Shown: positions 25,880 to 37,429, counted from the stretch's first letter. The stretch is 64,000 bases of DNA from Felis catus (GCF_018350175.1 NC_058368.1:207888001-207952000), one strand, 5' to 3'. A program made the numbers and translations. The notes: generated from the letters alone by a model not told the origin.

Positions 25880-27310
25880 CCCCTCCATGCGGGGTGGAGG
25901 CGGGGGGCGTTTGCAAGTTTCCCGCCGCTCAACCGGCCAGCTCCGCGCCCCCTCCATTCGAGTGGAGGAGGAGGATAGGTGTCTGTCCCGCGCTCCCGCA
26001 CCACCGCACCCCCGGGATGTCCTCGCTGCACACCGGGGTGAGCGCCGCCCACTTCCAGGTGTAAACAGAGGCCAGCAGGAGGGACACCACCGACAACTCC
26101 GAGGGAACTTTGGCGGGGGGGAGGGGGGGTGTCGGGGAATACAATCAACTCCCGTGGTGATGTGTTGGGAGAGAAGCAAAGGTGGATTAAAGTGGGAATT
26201 TTAATTCAACACACATTCCCGACTACTGAGAAAGAAGCGACGGGACTGTGAACTTCCAAGCAGGGAAGGAAACGCCGCGACGGACCCAGCATTGTGCGCT
26301 CTGGAAAGAATTACTCTTCACAAGTTACGCACCAGGCAGGCGGGCCAGAGGCGGGGAGCCCTCAAAGCACCGGCTCGGAGCGGGTCCAACGGTGAGCCAA
26401 AGCAAACGCGGGGCGGAGGCGGCGCGGGGCGGGTCAGGCAGGCGGCCGTGCGCCGGGCCGCGTCCAGGCGGGCAGACCCCGGGAAGGGGCTTGCAAAGCC
26501 GTCCGATCCTTCCGGACGCCGCGCCGGGTCCGCTCGCGGGCAGGGCTGGCGGGGCGCGGGGAAGGCTGCCGCGGGGCGCGGAGGAGAGCGAGCGGGCGGC
26601 GGGGTGGCAGGGCGGCGGGGGTACTCACCCCGCGGGCGGGCGGACGGCTCCAGGCCGGGTCCTGGGCGGCGCGGGGCCGCGGGTGCGGACGCCGGTGTGG
26701 ACGTGCAGGGGCGGCCCCGCGCCGGGGCTATGAATCAGCTGCGGGGCGAGCGCCGAGGGGCGGGAGTTACGGGAAAGCCGCGGGGGAGGGCAGAGGGCTG
26801 AGGACTTTTGCAATTTCCCGTCCTGCTGCGCACTCTTGGCACTCCTGGGACCCACAGGAATTCTCCCCCTTTTGGTCCCGGGGGGGAAGCGGCCGGGACC
26901 CTGCGGGAGGCGGCCGGGACCCCGCGGAGGTGCGGCCCCGGGCCTCGGCGGGCGGGCGGGGAGCGGTGGGAAAGGAAGTGGGAGAGGCCTGGGAAGGAAC
27001 AGGGGAACCCACGGCTCCGCTGGAGGCGTCGCGCGCCCAACACTCCTGCCCCGGCCGGCGGGCCCCGCAGCGGCGGGACGCCGAGGCCTGCCGAGGGCCC
27101 CGGGACCTGGTGTGACCGCGCGAGGCCACTTGTTATCCCAAGCGAGGGGGCGGAACCCTGGGCTCCCCGGCAGAAAATCTTTGGGCAGAAGACGAGTGCT
27201 TCAGCCAAACTTCGGGCTGTGTTTCCGCTAGGCGGTCAGAGCGACGAAAAGGTGTTTGGACAGTCAGTCCTAGGACCCTGGCTCTGGTCCGGGTTTTGAA
27301 ACGCGCCGAG
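25880..27310. promoter_or_regulatory. CpG-island promoter of OSMR with GC box (26757-26766), STAT site (26767-26775), C/EBP-like site (26806-26814) and kB-like site (26857-26868)
   Basis: Very high GC and CpG density against CpG-depleted flanks; motifs read directly. Confidence 0.9.
26333..26830 (-). other. OSMR: OSMR non-coding exon 1 (5'UTR); donors at 26333 (CCTG|GTGCGT) and/or 26629 (GGG|GTGAGT); 5' end approximate
   Basis: Within the CpG island; consensus 5' splice sites on the minus strand; no minus-strand ATG seen in 26333-26830; resembles my recollection of the human OSMR 5'UTR. Confidence 0.7.
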
Positions 27311-27398
27311 TTTCATCTGTAGCAACAGTCCTGAAGCTTTTGTGTCACAGAAAGCTGTGTCTGCTGCAACTTGCTTTTCCTCTTAAAAATGCCATCCA

Positions 27399-27614
27399 GG
27401 GGCGCCTGGGTGGCTCAGTCGGTTAAGCGTCCGACTTCGACTCAGGTCATGATCTCACGTTCCGTGAGTTCGAGCCCCGCGTCGGGCTCTGTGCTGACAG
27501 CTCAGAGCCTGGAGCCTGTTTCCGATTCTGTGTCTCCCTCTCTCTGACCCTCCCCCGTTCATGCTCTGTCTCTCTCTGTCTCAAAAATAAATAAACGTTA
27601 AAAAAAATTAAAAA
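27399..27614 (+). mobile_element. Young SINEC with TSD aaaaatgccatccag
   Basis: TSD on both sides; CpGs retained. Confidence 0.93.
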
Positions 27615-27753
27615 AAAAATGCCATCCAGTCTTTGAAATTCACATTTCAAATACTGGGCCTTTGAAATACCTATGGGGCCTCTCTTTATGATGGGACTAT
27701 GGAGAGCCCCTGTGGTCTTTGGAGCTGTTGTGGAGATCATCCTAACACTGCCT

Positions 27754-28187
27754 TGTTGGGGAAGGTCAGGGAAGAGACACGACCTCCAGTTGACCCTTGA
27801 GCTGCGCTTGGGCAATCTGCGCTTCTCATCCCTTCCCCTGTCCTTGGAAAGTGGGTTCTGCTTGCCTTTTGGGCTCTTAGGGGATGCTCCATGGACATAA
27901 CCTTGAGATAGTGACATAGTGTTGAGAACACCTGCAGGGTACATGTGACTAAACCTTGTTAAGATCTCTGCATAAACTTTTAAGGTTTGGCAGAGGGGTG
28001 CAGGGATGGCTCATCTTGTTACCACTCAAGTCTCCTATATAAGTTCCCTTTGCTTGTTAGAACTGTACCTAACTACAGGGTCGCTTCGGTGGTTCAGTCA
28101 AGCATCTGACTCTTCAGCTCAGCTCAGGTCTTGATCTCAGGGTTGTGAGTTCAAGCCCCACCAGTTGGGACCCACACTGGGCCCTAC

Positions 28188-28218
<31 letters not shown>

Positions 28219-28332
28219 TAGCATCTACCAACTTGAGTGGCCAGTGTCTCTCATAGGTCTCTCCCTGCCCTCCAAGTACTGGCCGGTTTCAGATTTCACC
28301 TGGGAAGCTCCCAAGAGGGTCTGGGATCCACA
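27754..28332 (+). mobile_element. Solo LTR (probable carnivore ERV1-class), interrupted by a short SINEC at about 28078-28218
   Basis: TG...CA ends, TATA-like ctatataag near 28036, homologous to the reverse complement of 29087-29741. Confidence 0.65.
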
Positions 28333-29086
28333 TGCTGCTTCTGTGACCAGCTAGGACCCAGAGAAGAGAGCAGTGAGGCTCTGGGGTCTGGAGGACTCAC
28401 CTGGATGCTTGACAGTTTGCAGGATTATTACATGGGGCCTTGCTAGGCCTGTTCTGGTTGGTTTTAGGGACCCTGGGAAGTGTCATGATTGCCAAGGACT
28501 GTAGGAGGGGAAGAAACCCAAGAATGATTAAGAAGGATTGCGCATGCATCATATCTTATCTTAGAATCACTTCTTGATTGGGTGGCTCAAAATATTGCCG
28601 GAATCAGCCTAAATGTTACTTCTGTGTTTGCTCGCAGTTTTTACTCTTCCCCAGTGGCACCCCAGGGAAAGAATTTTGTTTTAGGCCCAAATACATTTAC
28701 TGCCTAATAGTGCCACAAAGACCATGGTACATAGTAAATATTTGATGATAATGAAGAGAAGGTACTTTTGTCTAAATAAACATACGGTCCTTTGCCACAC
28801 CTCAGTACTTCCGAGTCCATTAGTTTTGCCATCTGCATGGCTCTGGAAACTACCAATCCAGATCCCAAAGGGCTGGAAAAGCTTTCTGATTCTATATTTC
28901 AGTGAGTGAGGAAAAAAAAAAAAGTTAATTTCTTCTGTAATTTACAGAAACTATTCACAATCTCTTAGGAGCAGATGAGATGCCAACTTAAAAAAATACT
29001 GTGTGAACATTTCTGCAAAGTGAGTCTTATCTTACTTTGAGCTCCTATTACAAAGGAAGGAAACCAAGTTGCAAAAAATTCCAGGC

Positions 29087-29741
29087 TGTTGGTTCCATGC
29101 TTGGGAGTGCCTGTGAATTTCAAAGCAGGGCCCCATTAGGGGAGGGCAAGGAAAGACCAAAGAAAGAGGAAGACCATTCCAGGTTGGTAGGTAGCAGATT
29201 TTATAAGCAAAGGGGCTCCCGCACTAGGCTTGTCTTGGGCGGCTACAAGACGAGTAGGTCTCCACACCCGCCAGCCAGAATCTTTTTTTTTTAATTTTTT
29301 TTCAACGTTTTTTATTTTTTATTTTTGGGACAAAGAGAGACAGAGCATGAACGGGGGAGGGGCAGAGAGAGAGGGAGACACAGAATCGGAAACAGGCTCC
29401 AGGCTCCGAGCCATCAGCCCAGAGCCCGACGTGGGGCTCAAACTCACGGTCCGCGAGATCGTGACCTGGCTGAAGTCGGACGCTTAACCGACTGTGCCAC
29501 CCAGGCGCCCCGACCGCCAGCCAGAATCTTAAGAGTTAGAAGCCTTGCCTGGGTTCAGTCAGTGTAGAGGCCAGATGATCTCAGTAACACATTGCTGTCT
29601 TAAGGCAGTGTCCTTGAAGTGGCTTCACTGTGGGCAGAACATACATTTCAAGAACAGAGAAGGGGATAGGAGCCTCTGCTTCCGTAGGTCCAGTTCATGG
29701 GTCAACCGGACGTCACATCTTCTCTTTGACCTCCTCATACA
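29087..29741 (-). mobile_element. Solo LTR of the same family, interrupted by a young SINEC_Fc
   Basis: TG...CA ends; reverse complement aligns by eye with 27754-28332. Confidence 0.65.
29285..29510 (-). mobile_element. Young SINEC_Fc with TSD ccgccagccagaatctt
   Basis: TSD on both sides; diagnostic gccatcagc/cgtgacctggctgaagtcggacg. Confidence 0.94.
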
Positions 29742-29857
29742 GGTGCCCACATATAATTCATTTATTTTGAGTACCATTCTGATATCTTAAATTTATCCCT
29801 TTCTAGAGTCTCGTTGCTATAGCACCTGTAAATTTGTGATCGTACCCTTAGGATGAT

Positions 29858-30279
29858 ATATTAGGTTGAATAGTGTCCTCCAAAAATTCATGTCGAGCCA
29901 GAACCTCAGAATATGACCCTATGTGGAAATATTTTTGTAGGTTAAATCAAGTTAAGATGAGGTCCTATTAATCCAATGACTGCTGTTCTTATGGGAGGAG
30001 AGAAATTTGGACACAGACAGCCAGAAAGAACACCATGTGAGTACTGACGCAGAGACTGGAGTTATCCTGCCACAGGCCAAAGAGGGCCAACACTTGGTGG
30101 CCACGGCAGAAGATAGGACAAGGTTACACAACACATTCTCGCTCTGAGCCCCTAAGAGGGAACTCACCCTGCCAGCACCTTGATTTCAGACGTCTGGGCT
30201 CTAGAACTGGGAGAGAACGAGTTGTTCTAAGCCACTAAATTTGTGGTCGTTTGTTATAGCTGCCCTAGAAACTGATACC
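29858..30279 (+). mobile_element. MLT1 (MaLR) LTR, MLT1B/C-like
   Basis: ggttgaatagtgtcctccaaaaattcatgt ... caccttgatttcagac ... tttgttatagctgccctagaaactgatac. Confidence 0.8.
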
Positions 30280-31260
30280 TAAGTATACATGACATCCATA
30301 TCCCAAAGGTTAGTTTGGAAAGTTGGCCTAAACACAGCTGAAATGAGAAAAGATTAAAAAATACCAAAGGCATATTGAGCCAAGGGCTAAAATACCCTTC
30401 CCTGTTGAGCGTTGACAAGATTTGGTTGGGAAAATACGTATTTATTGGGCTCCATTTGACTCTGCTGTTCCCTCTTCCTTCTGATTTCAGTAGCACAACA
30501 CACTCCACACCCCCCCCCCTTTCCCAGACTTTCTTCCCCGTCACTTTCTCGGGCTTCTTGTGTCCGGGGCTCCATCCTTGACATTCTCCTCTGAATCCAG
30601 TCTCCCAAATGAACACATCTGTGCTCCTGAATTCAGTGATCACTTGTGCATCGAGGACCCTGGATCATTATTCCTGTTGCAGTAATTTCAGTAATTTCAT
30701 CTGAATTCCAGGCCATCTTATTCGTATGTCAAAATCAATTTGTCCAAGTTAAACCCTTGACTTTTCCCCATGTGATTCTCTTATACTGAGGGAACAGCCC
30801 AACCTTTAATTTAGATACTACATTGAAAGACCTGTGAATGACCTTTGATCTGTCCTCCCTCATCATCCATCATCCACCAGGTCTCACCTGTGTAACCATC
30901 ATTGGAGAGGCACCAGGGGGATGTATCCCTACTCTATCCAACTTCTCAAAGGAAAAATAGTCCCATAACTGTAAGGAACACTATATAGACACCAATATGG
31001 GTATAGATATATGAAATCAGCTATGTCAGTTGTGAAATATAATCATGATTCTGTTGTTCAACTACTATAAATATCTAAAATTACATGCTTGGCAGTGTTT
31101 GGTAGCCAAACTAATGGAGTTGGAAAGAGCCGGGAATTTTCCGAAGAAAGTAGCTTCATCCGGTAAGCAGTAGATGCGAATTTGTAATTGCCCTCACGGA
31201 CAAGAATTCTCTATTTGGGGGGCAATATGTCACATTTGATATTTTAAAGATACACTTAAA

Positions 31261-31461
31261 ATTTTTTTAATGTTTACTTATTTTGAGAAAGAACGTAAGC
31301 ATGAGCAGGGAAGGATTAGAGAGTGAGAGAAGAGGAGCATGAGCAGGCTTCACGCTGTCAGCATAGAGCCCAGTGCGGGGCTCCAACCCACAAACCATGA
31401 GATCATGACCTGAGCAGAAATCAAGTCTGATGCCTAACTGACTGAGCCACCTAGGCGCCCC
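31261..31461 (-). mobile_element. SINEC
   Basis: Reverse-complement SINEC. Confidence 0.85.
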
Positions 31462-32179
31462 GAAAGATTCACTTTTAGGTCTGAAAGTATGCTGCTGTCA
31501 TGATGCCGCTTAAGACATGATTGTGGATGATGCCAACATCACTTCTAAGGAAACTCAGTGGAAATTAAAGTGTTCTTTTGTAAATGTATTCCTGTGAAAA
31601 ACCGAATAGTTTATAATTCAGGGGATTATAAGGGGATTCCTTATAATGAATTCCTAATTATGAATTGCTTTCCTTTCAATATCTGCTAAGTGAATTTCAG
31701 TGAGGGATAACGTTATCCTTAATAGTTCTAAAGGAGCTTTTTTGTTTGAACTACATATTACTTGAAGATTGATGGATGGATTAATTGACCAATTTCACAC
31801 AATCTACCCTCTCCTGGATATCGTAACATGCTCACACTGTGTTCTAGAAATCATCAGCAATCAGACAATGGGAGAACTTTTCTTTTTTCCCATGGGCTTT
31901 AGGGAGAATGTTGAATATGTTTTGATATCTGCTTTTATTCTCTTGGCTTGTGTTTATGAGAATTAATAAATATGAGAGCAGTCATTAAGGATAGAACACT
32001 AATACGATGGCAGGAGTACTTAGAATTTGATGGGGATTTTTGGGACTTTCGAAACTGTTTGCCAACCTTAATCCAAAATAAGTCTATAGTCACATCTATA
32101 TTTTGAACAGCATCTCTTACAGACAGTGTGTAGTTGGGACTTTTGAAAAAAAATTCATTCTCGTAGTCTCTACGTTTCA

Positions 32180-33497
32180 ATTTGATAGAGAGTGGTTAGC
32201 ATATTTACATTTAAGGCATTCATTGATATGATTGGGTTTAGCCTACCATTTTACTGTATGTTTTCAGCTTTGTTCCCTCTGGTTTTTATCCTCGTATTTG
32301 TCATTTTCTGCCTTATCTTATGTTAGTCGAATATTTTTTAGTTCTATTTTATTTGCCTTTGTTTTTTTGTTCTTCCTCTTTGCGTGATTTTTTTCATGTT
32401 TTCTCTGTGAATCACAATATATAAACCCTTAACTCTCAGTGTCTACTTGAGATAATATTGTACTACTTCCCTTCATTTAACCACACCACCTGCCCTTTAT
32501 GTTGTAGTCATAAATTGTATTATATCTTTGACAGAATGAAGCCTGCAACATGATATATATGTTAAAGAAATCAAGAGGACAAATAGTCTTGTGTATTTAC
32601 CCACGTATTTACCTTTCCCAATATTCTTCAGTCCTTATCCCAAAGATTTAAGCTTCGCTCTGATCTCATTTTCTTAATCCTGAAGAACTTCCTTTAGCAT
32701 TTTTGTTTTCCATTGGAGTCCATTCTCTTAAGTTTTCTTTTATTTTGAAATGTCTTCACCTCATTTCATCCTTGAGGGATATTTTTGCTGGATATAGGAT
32801 TTGGGGTGATGACTTCTTTATTCCAACAATTTAAAGATGTTGTTCTATGGTTTTCTGGCCTTCACTGTTTCTGATGCATCATCAATTATTCAAATCACTG
32901 GGTATATAATGTATTGGTTTCCATTATTCATCCTGCCTGGCATTTGTTGAGTGTCTCGAATTTGAAAACTTGTCTTTTACCAAATTTGAGCAATTTTCAG
33001 TATTTCTTCAAATGTTTTTTTCTGCTTCATTTTCTTTCTCATCTCCTCCTGAGACTCCAGTTATGAATATGTGAGCCTTCTTCATATGATCCCAAATGCC
33101 CATGTGGCTCTATTAATTTTTTTAAAGAAGGCTCCGCGCCCAACATGGGCTCAAACTCACAACCCTGAGATCAAGTGTCAGTCACGTGCTCTACCAGCTG
33201 AGCCAGCCATGTGCCCCTCTATTAATTGTTTTAAATATTTTTCGTCTGAATTTTTCAGACTAGATCATTTCTGTTGAGCTATCTTTAAGTTTGCTGACTC
33301 CTTTCCCACCATCCTCATTCTACTATTAAATCTATGCAGTAAATTTTGTTGAAAAGATGTATATTTCAGGGTGCCTGGGTGGCTCAGTTGGTTGAGTGTC
33401 TGACTCTTGATTTCATCTCGGGTCCTGATACCAGGGTGGTGGGATCAAGACCTGTGTTGGGCTCTGTGCTGGCTGTGAAGCCTACTTGGGATTCTTG

Positions 33498-33568
<71 letters not shown>

Positions 33569-34630
33569 CCTCTGCCCCTTCCCTGCTGTCTTTCTCTCTG
33601 TCTCTGAAAAAAAAATGCATATTTCAGGGGCACCTGGCAGACTCAGTCAGTTGAGCATTAGACTCTTGATTCAGCTCAGGTCATGATCTCACGGTTTGTG
33701 GTTTCGGACCCCACATTGGGCTCTGCACTGGTGGTGCGGAGCCTGCTTGGGATTCTCTCTCTCTCCCCCTCTCTCTCTCTGCCTCTCCCCTGCTGGCACT
33801 TGCATGCTCTCTCTTTCTCAAAATAAATAAACTTAAAAAAAAAAAAGATGTACATTTCAGTGCTAGAATTTTTGCTTATTCTTTTTAAAAAATATTTTCT
33901 GTTTCCTTACTGATACTTCCTATTTTTTAGTTCATTACAGGCATAATTTTCTTTACCTCATTGAGCATAGATATAATTACTGCTTTTTTAAAGCATTGCT
34001 TGATTATTCTAATATTTAGATAATAGTGGAATCAACCTGTGTTGATTGTTTCTCTTATGAGGACAGATCACATTTTCCTGGTTTGTTTGTATGTTTGTTT
34101 ATTTATTGGTTGTCAAATAATTTTGGATTATAACTTGGACATTGTAAATATTATGTGATGAAGACTGGATTCTGTTATATTCCACCAATGGCATTGATTT
34201 TCTTTTTAAATGGACAAATCACATGGTTAGACTCAAGCTGCAAACTTGATGCTACTTACCATGAGTAGTAGCTCTAGTCTGAGTTCAGTTTTTGGGGGCT
34301 GAGCTGGGCTGTTTTGAGTTTGCCTTGCATAAGCACGGCTCAGACGGTATGCATGATGTAGGCTTTAAACACAGCCTCTTCCTGTCTAGCTCTCTCTTTT
34401 CTGTGATTTCCCTCCTTTCCAAAAGGTATGGTTGCCCCAAACTCTGACCTCTGGTTCTTCTAGCCAGAAATATTATGTATCTTCTAACAGTGAGGGGTCA
34501 ATTGCACAGACTTGGGCCAGTCTGAGACTAAGAGTTATAAAACCGGGGAAACTGCGTCTTTCCCTTCCTCCCAAGTGTTGCTGCCCTCTTCCCCACCCTG
34601 AAATCTTTCTGCTGTAGATTATTCTCCACT
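32180..34630 (-). mobile_element. Old L1M fragment, interrupted by SINECs
   Basis: T-rich antisense L1 motifs (atttacatttaagg, ttgagggatatttttgctggatatagg, tatttcttcaaat). Confidence 0.6.
33369..33846 (+). mobile_element. Two tandem SINECs (33369-33610, 33627-33846) sharing a triplicated target site
   Basis: aaaagatgtatatttcag / aaaaatgcatatttcag / aaaagatgtacatttcag. Confidence 0.9.
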
Positions 34631-34639
34631 GCATTTATG

Positions 34640-34690
34640 AAGTTTATTTATTTATTTTGAGAGAGAGAATGCGTGAGCAGGGTGAGGCAC

Positions 34691-34724
<34 letters not shown>

Positions 34725-35106
34725 TCCCAGCCCAGAGTCCAGCCTGATGAATGGCTCGATCCCAGGAACCATTAGATCATGGCCTGGGCTGAAATCAAGA
34801 GTCAGACACTTAACCGACTAAGCCACCCAGGCGCTTCAATGTCCTCTGCACTTAAATGTGTTTTTTAAAAATATATTTTGTTTCAAAAAAATTTTTGAGG
34901 GGTTTATTTATTTTTGAGAGAGAGAGACAGACAGAAGAGTGCAAGTGGGGGAGGGGCAGAGAGAGAGGGAGACACAGAATCTGAAGCAGGCTCCAGGCTC
35001 CGAGCTGTCAGCACAGAGCCCGACGCGGGGTTCGAACTCACGAACCACAAGATCATGACCTGAGCTAAAGTTGGATGCTTAACAGACTGAGCCACCCAGG
35101 CGCCCC
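34640..35106 (-). mobile_element. Two SINECs (about 34640-34835 and 34903-35106)
   Basis: Two reverse-complement SINEC bodies. Confidence 0.85.
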
Positions 35107-36260
35107 TAAAAATATATTTTCTAGTGCTTTATACTGTTATGTGCAGGAGGATCAGTTTAATAGGAGTTACTCAGCTATGACAGAAAGTGGCACTCCCACA
35201 GTTGTATTTTCACCTGCTGTTTCACCTGTATTCCTTCCTTTTGAACTTTGTTCAAATGCCAAAAACAAATTTATGTGAGGGAGCTACAGTAAGCCATATC
35301 TTTATCTTCGTGACTCCATTGTGCTTAAATTCATTTCATCCAGATTGAAACGAAAGCTCCCCAAAGGCGCTCACTTCTGTATTCAGTCTTGTCAGTTTCT
35401 CAGATGTCACCATCTTCATCCAATTGTAACACAACGGCAATTATTTTGTGCATTACCAAACAGCAGCGGATGCTTAGTCACTTTGGAATAACGCTCAGAT
35501 AATTTCCACACACCCGAGGCATTTTAGGAGAAAGAGTCGCTGAAATTCACCACAAAATAACCGAGCTGAACTAGAATAAGCTGAAACACTCAAGAGGGAG
35601 GGAAATGTTATTCAATTTTATTAAATCTTGTAGTAAAAATAATAAGAATTTGTCTTCCTCAAAATGTTTGGAAGATGCTGCTTAGGATGAAGGTGCAAAC
35701 ATTCTGAACAAGAATGATAATAGACAATTTCTTTTGAAACGCTCCCGTTCTTAGGAAGAAAGAATAGTCTACGTGACTGAAAATTTAGGCTTACAAATGT
35801 TCATAGTTGCAAAATTGTAATACACACACCCCCCAACACTCGTTAGAAAGACATTGTGTGAATAATGGGGACAAGGGAAAACAGGGACGTTGTTTGTATA
35901 GCAGCAAACTTGGAACAGCCTGAAGATCTTCCAGTAGAAGACTGAAAACTTCACGATTTATCCTTTCAAAAGAAAGAAGATTATTCGTATGTACGGCTAT
36001 GGACATACAGCCAAGACACATAATTATGTGAAAAAAGTGAGAGCCAGAAATGTGAATTTGGTACGTCCATATGTCTATTTAATTTGCTAATGTTTCTGGG
36101 ATAGATACATAAGAATGTTTTGAGTGCATTACGAGAAATTGGTAACTGTGGTTGTTCCTGGGGGAGAAGGTCTAAGAATGAGGGGTGGTGTGTAATGTAA
36201 AGCCAGTATAGACTGGCTTTTTGTCATGAATGTTTTCACTTTTAAAAAGCAATAATTTCA

Positions 36261-36487
36261 GGGGCGCCTGGGTGGCTTGGTCGCTTAAGCGTCCGACTTC
36301 GGCTCAGGTCATGATCTCACGGTCCGTGAGTTCAAGCCCCGCGTCGGGCTCTGTGCTGACAGTTCAGAGCCTGGAGCCTGCTTCAGATTCTGCATCTCCC
36401 TCTCTTTCTTTCTGCCCCATCTCCACTCATGCTCTGTCTCTCTCTGTCTCAAAAATAAATAAAACGTTAAAAAAATTTAAAAAAAAT
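36261..36487 (+). mobile_element. SINEC with TSD taaaaagcaataatttca
   Basis: TSD on both sides. Confidence 0.92.
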
Positions 36488-37027
36488 AAAAAGCAATAAT
36501 TTCAAAAATCAAAAGATGCCTTCCTTGATCGAGAAGGAACGCCATTTGTTACTTACTTTAGTTGTCGCACACAAGTTATAATCAATTATAACCTCTCTGT
36601 GGACACAGAAGAAACCAAATCAATTGCCTTTGGGGAAGAAAACAGGGCGACTGAGGAGCAGAGGGGAGAGTTTTAACTCTACCCTTTTCTATCTTTTGAA
36701 TTTTTATATACAATAAAAAGAAGCATTAAAGCTTTAGTAAGAAGCATTAAAATGAAAAATGCTATGACGGCACCCCCCGTAAAATGGAACACACTGATCT
36801 GAAGGTTGTGCGCCTGGGGGCCAAGCGTGGCAACTACGGGCTTTACCCATCATGAAGACCTGAGGTTCCAGGCGGTCTGTGTTGAGATGCAGGCTGGGTA
36901 GCGGCGGCCTGAGAATGCCACTCCTGGAACCTGGCAGCTAGATGTTGGCCTCGTAGAGTTGGGGGAAGAAGCCCCACAGGGGCCTGGGTCTTGGCACAGA
37001 GCTTCCCATGGGGAAGAGGGAGCCCTT

Positions 37028-37151
37028 GTTCCAGGCAGTCCGTCACGGGACAACCTCAACCTCAAGGTTCATCTTCCAGACAATTCTGCTTGTAGTTGTC
37101 TGGAAGATGAACCTTGAAGTTGAGGTTGTCCTGAGACGGACTGCCTGGAAC
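37028..37151. repeat. Inverted repeat: 56-bp arms (37028-37083, 37096-37151), 12-nt spacer, 53/56 Watson-Crick pairs
   Basis: gttccaggcagtccgtc...catcttccagacaa versus ttgtctggaagatg...gacggactgcctggaac. Confidence 0.95.
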
Positions 37152-37429
37152 CAAACAGAAGACTATGGGGGAAGGGAAGGGAAGGAAAAAAAAAAGTTAC
37201 AGAGAGGGAGAGAGGCAAACCATAAGAGACTCTTAAATACAGAGAACAATCTGAGGGTTGATGGGGGAGTGGGAGGGCAGGGAAAGTGGGTGACGGGCAT
37301 TGAGGGCACTTGGCCGGGATGAGCACCGAGTGTTGTATGTAAACGATGAACCACGGAATCTACCCAAAACCCAAGAGCACACTTCACACACTGTATGTTA
37401 GCCAATTTGACAATAAATTATATTAAAAA
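37152..37429 (+). mobile_element. 5'-truncated felid/carnivore L1 3'UTR
   Basis: ggcaaaccataagagactcttaaatacagagaacaa...tgtatgttagccaatttgacaataaattatattaaaaaa. Confidence 0.85.

Larger units (their letters stand above)
1..26830 (-). other. OSMR: OSMR gene, 5' portion (exons 1-4, introns 1-3 and start of intron 4); continues beyond position 1; TSS approximate
   Basis: Three coding exons splice in frame to [139 protein letters not shown], which I recognise as the OSMR N-terminus; CpG island upstream. Confidence 0.95.

Noticed and set aside
25600..27300. Many overlapping 100-180 aa ORFs
   Set aside because: Expected in a GC-rich CpG island with few stop codons; low-complexity Arg/Gly/Pro/Ala translations with no recognisable domain.
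27399..27480. tRNA genes at SINE heads
   Set aside because: The A/B-box tRNA-like heads continue into SINEC bodies with A tails and TSDs; they are not tRNA genes.
37028..37151. Assignment of the hairpin to a known miRNA or MITE
   Set aside because: I do not recognise the sequence; it is reported only as an inverted repeat and hypothesis.
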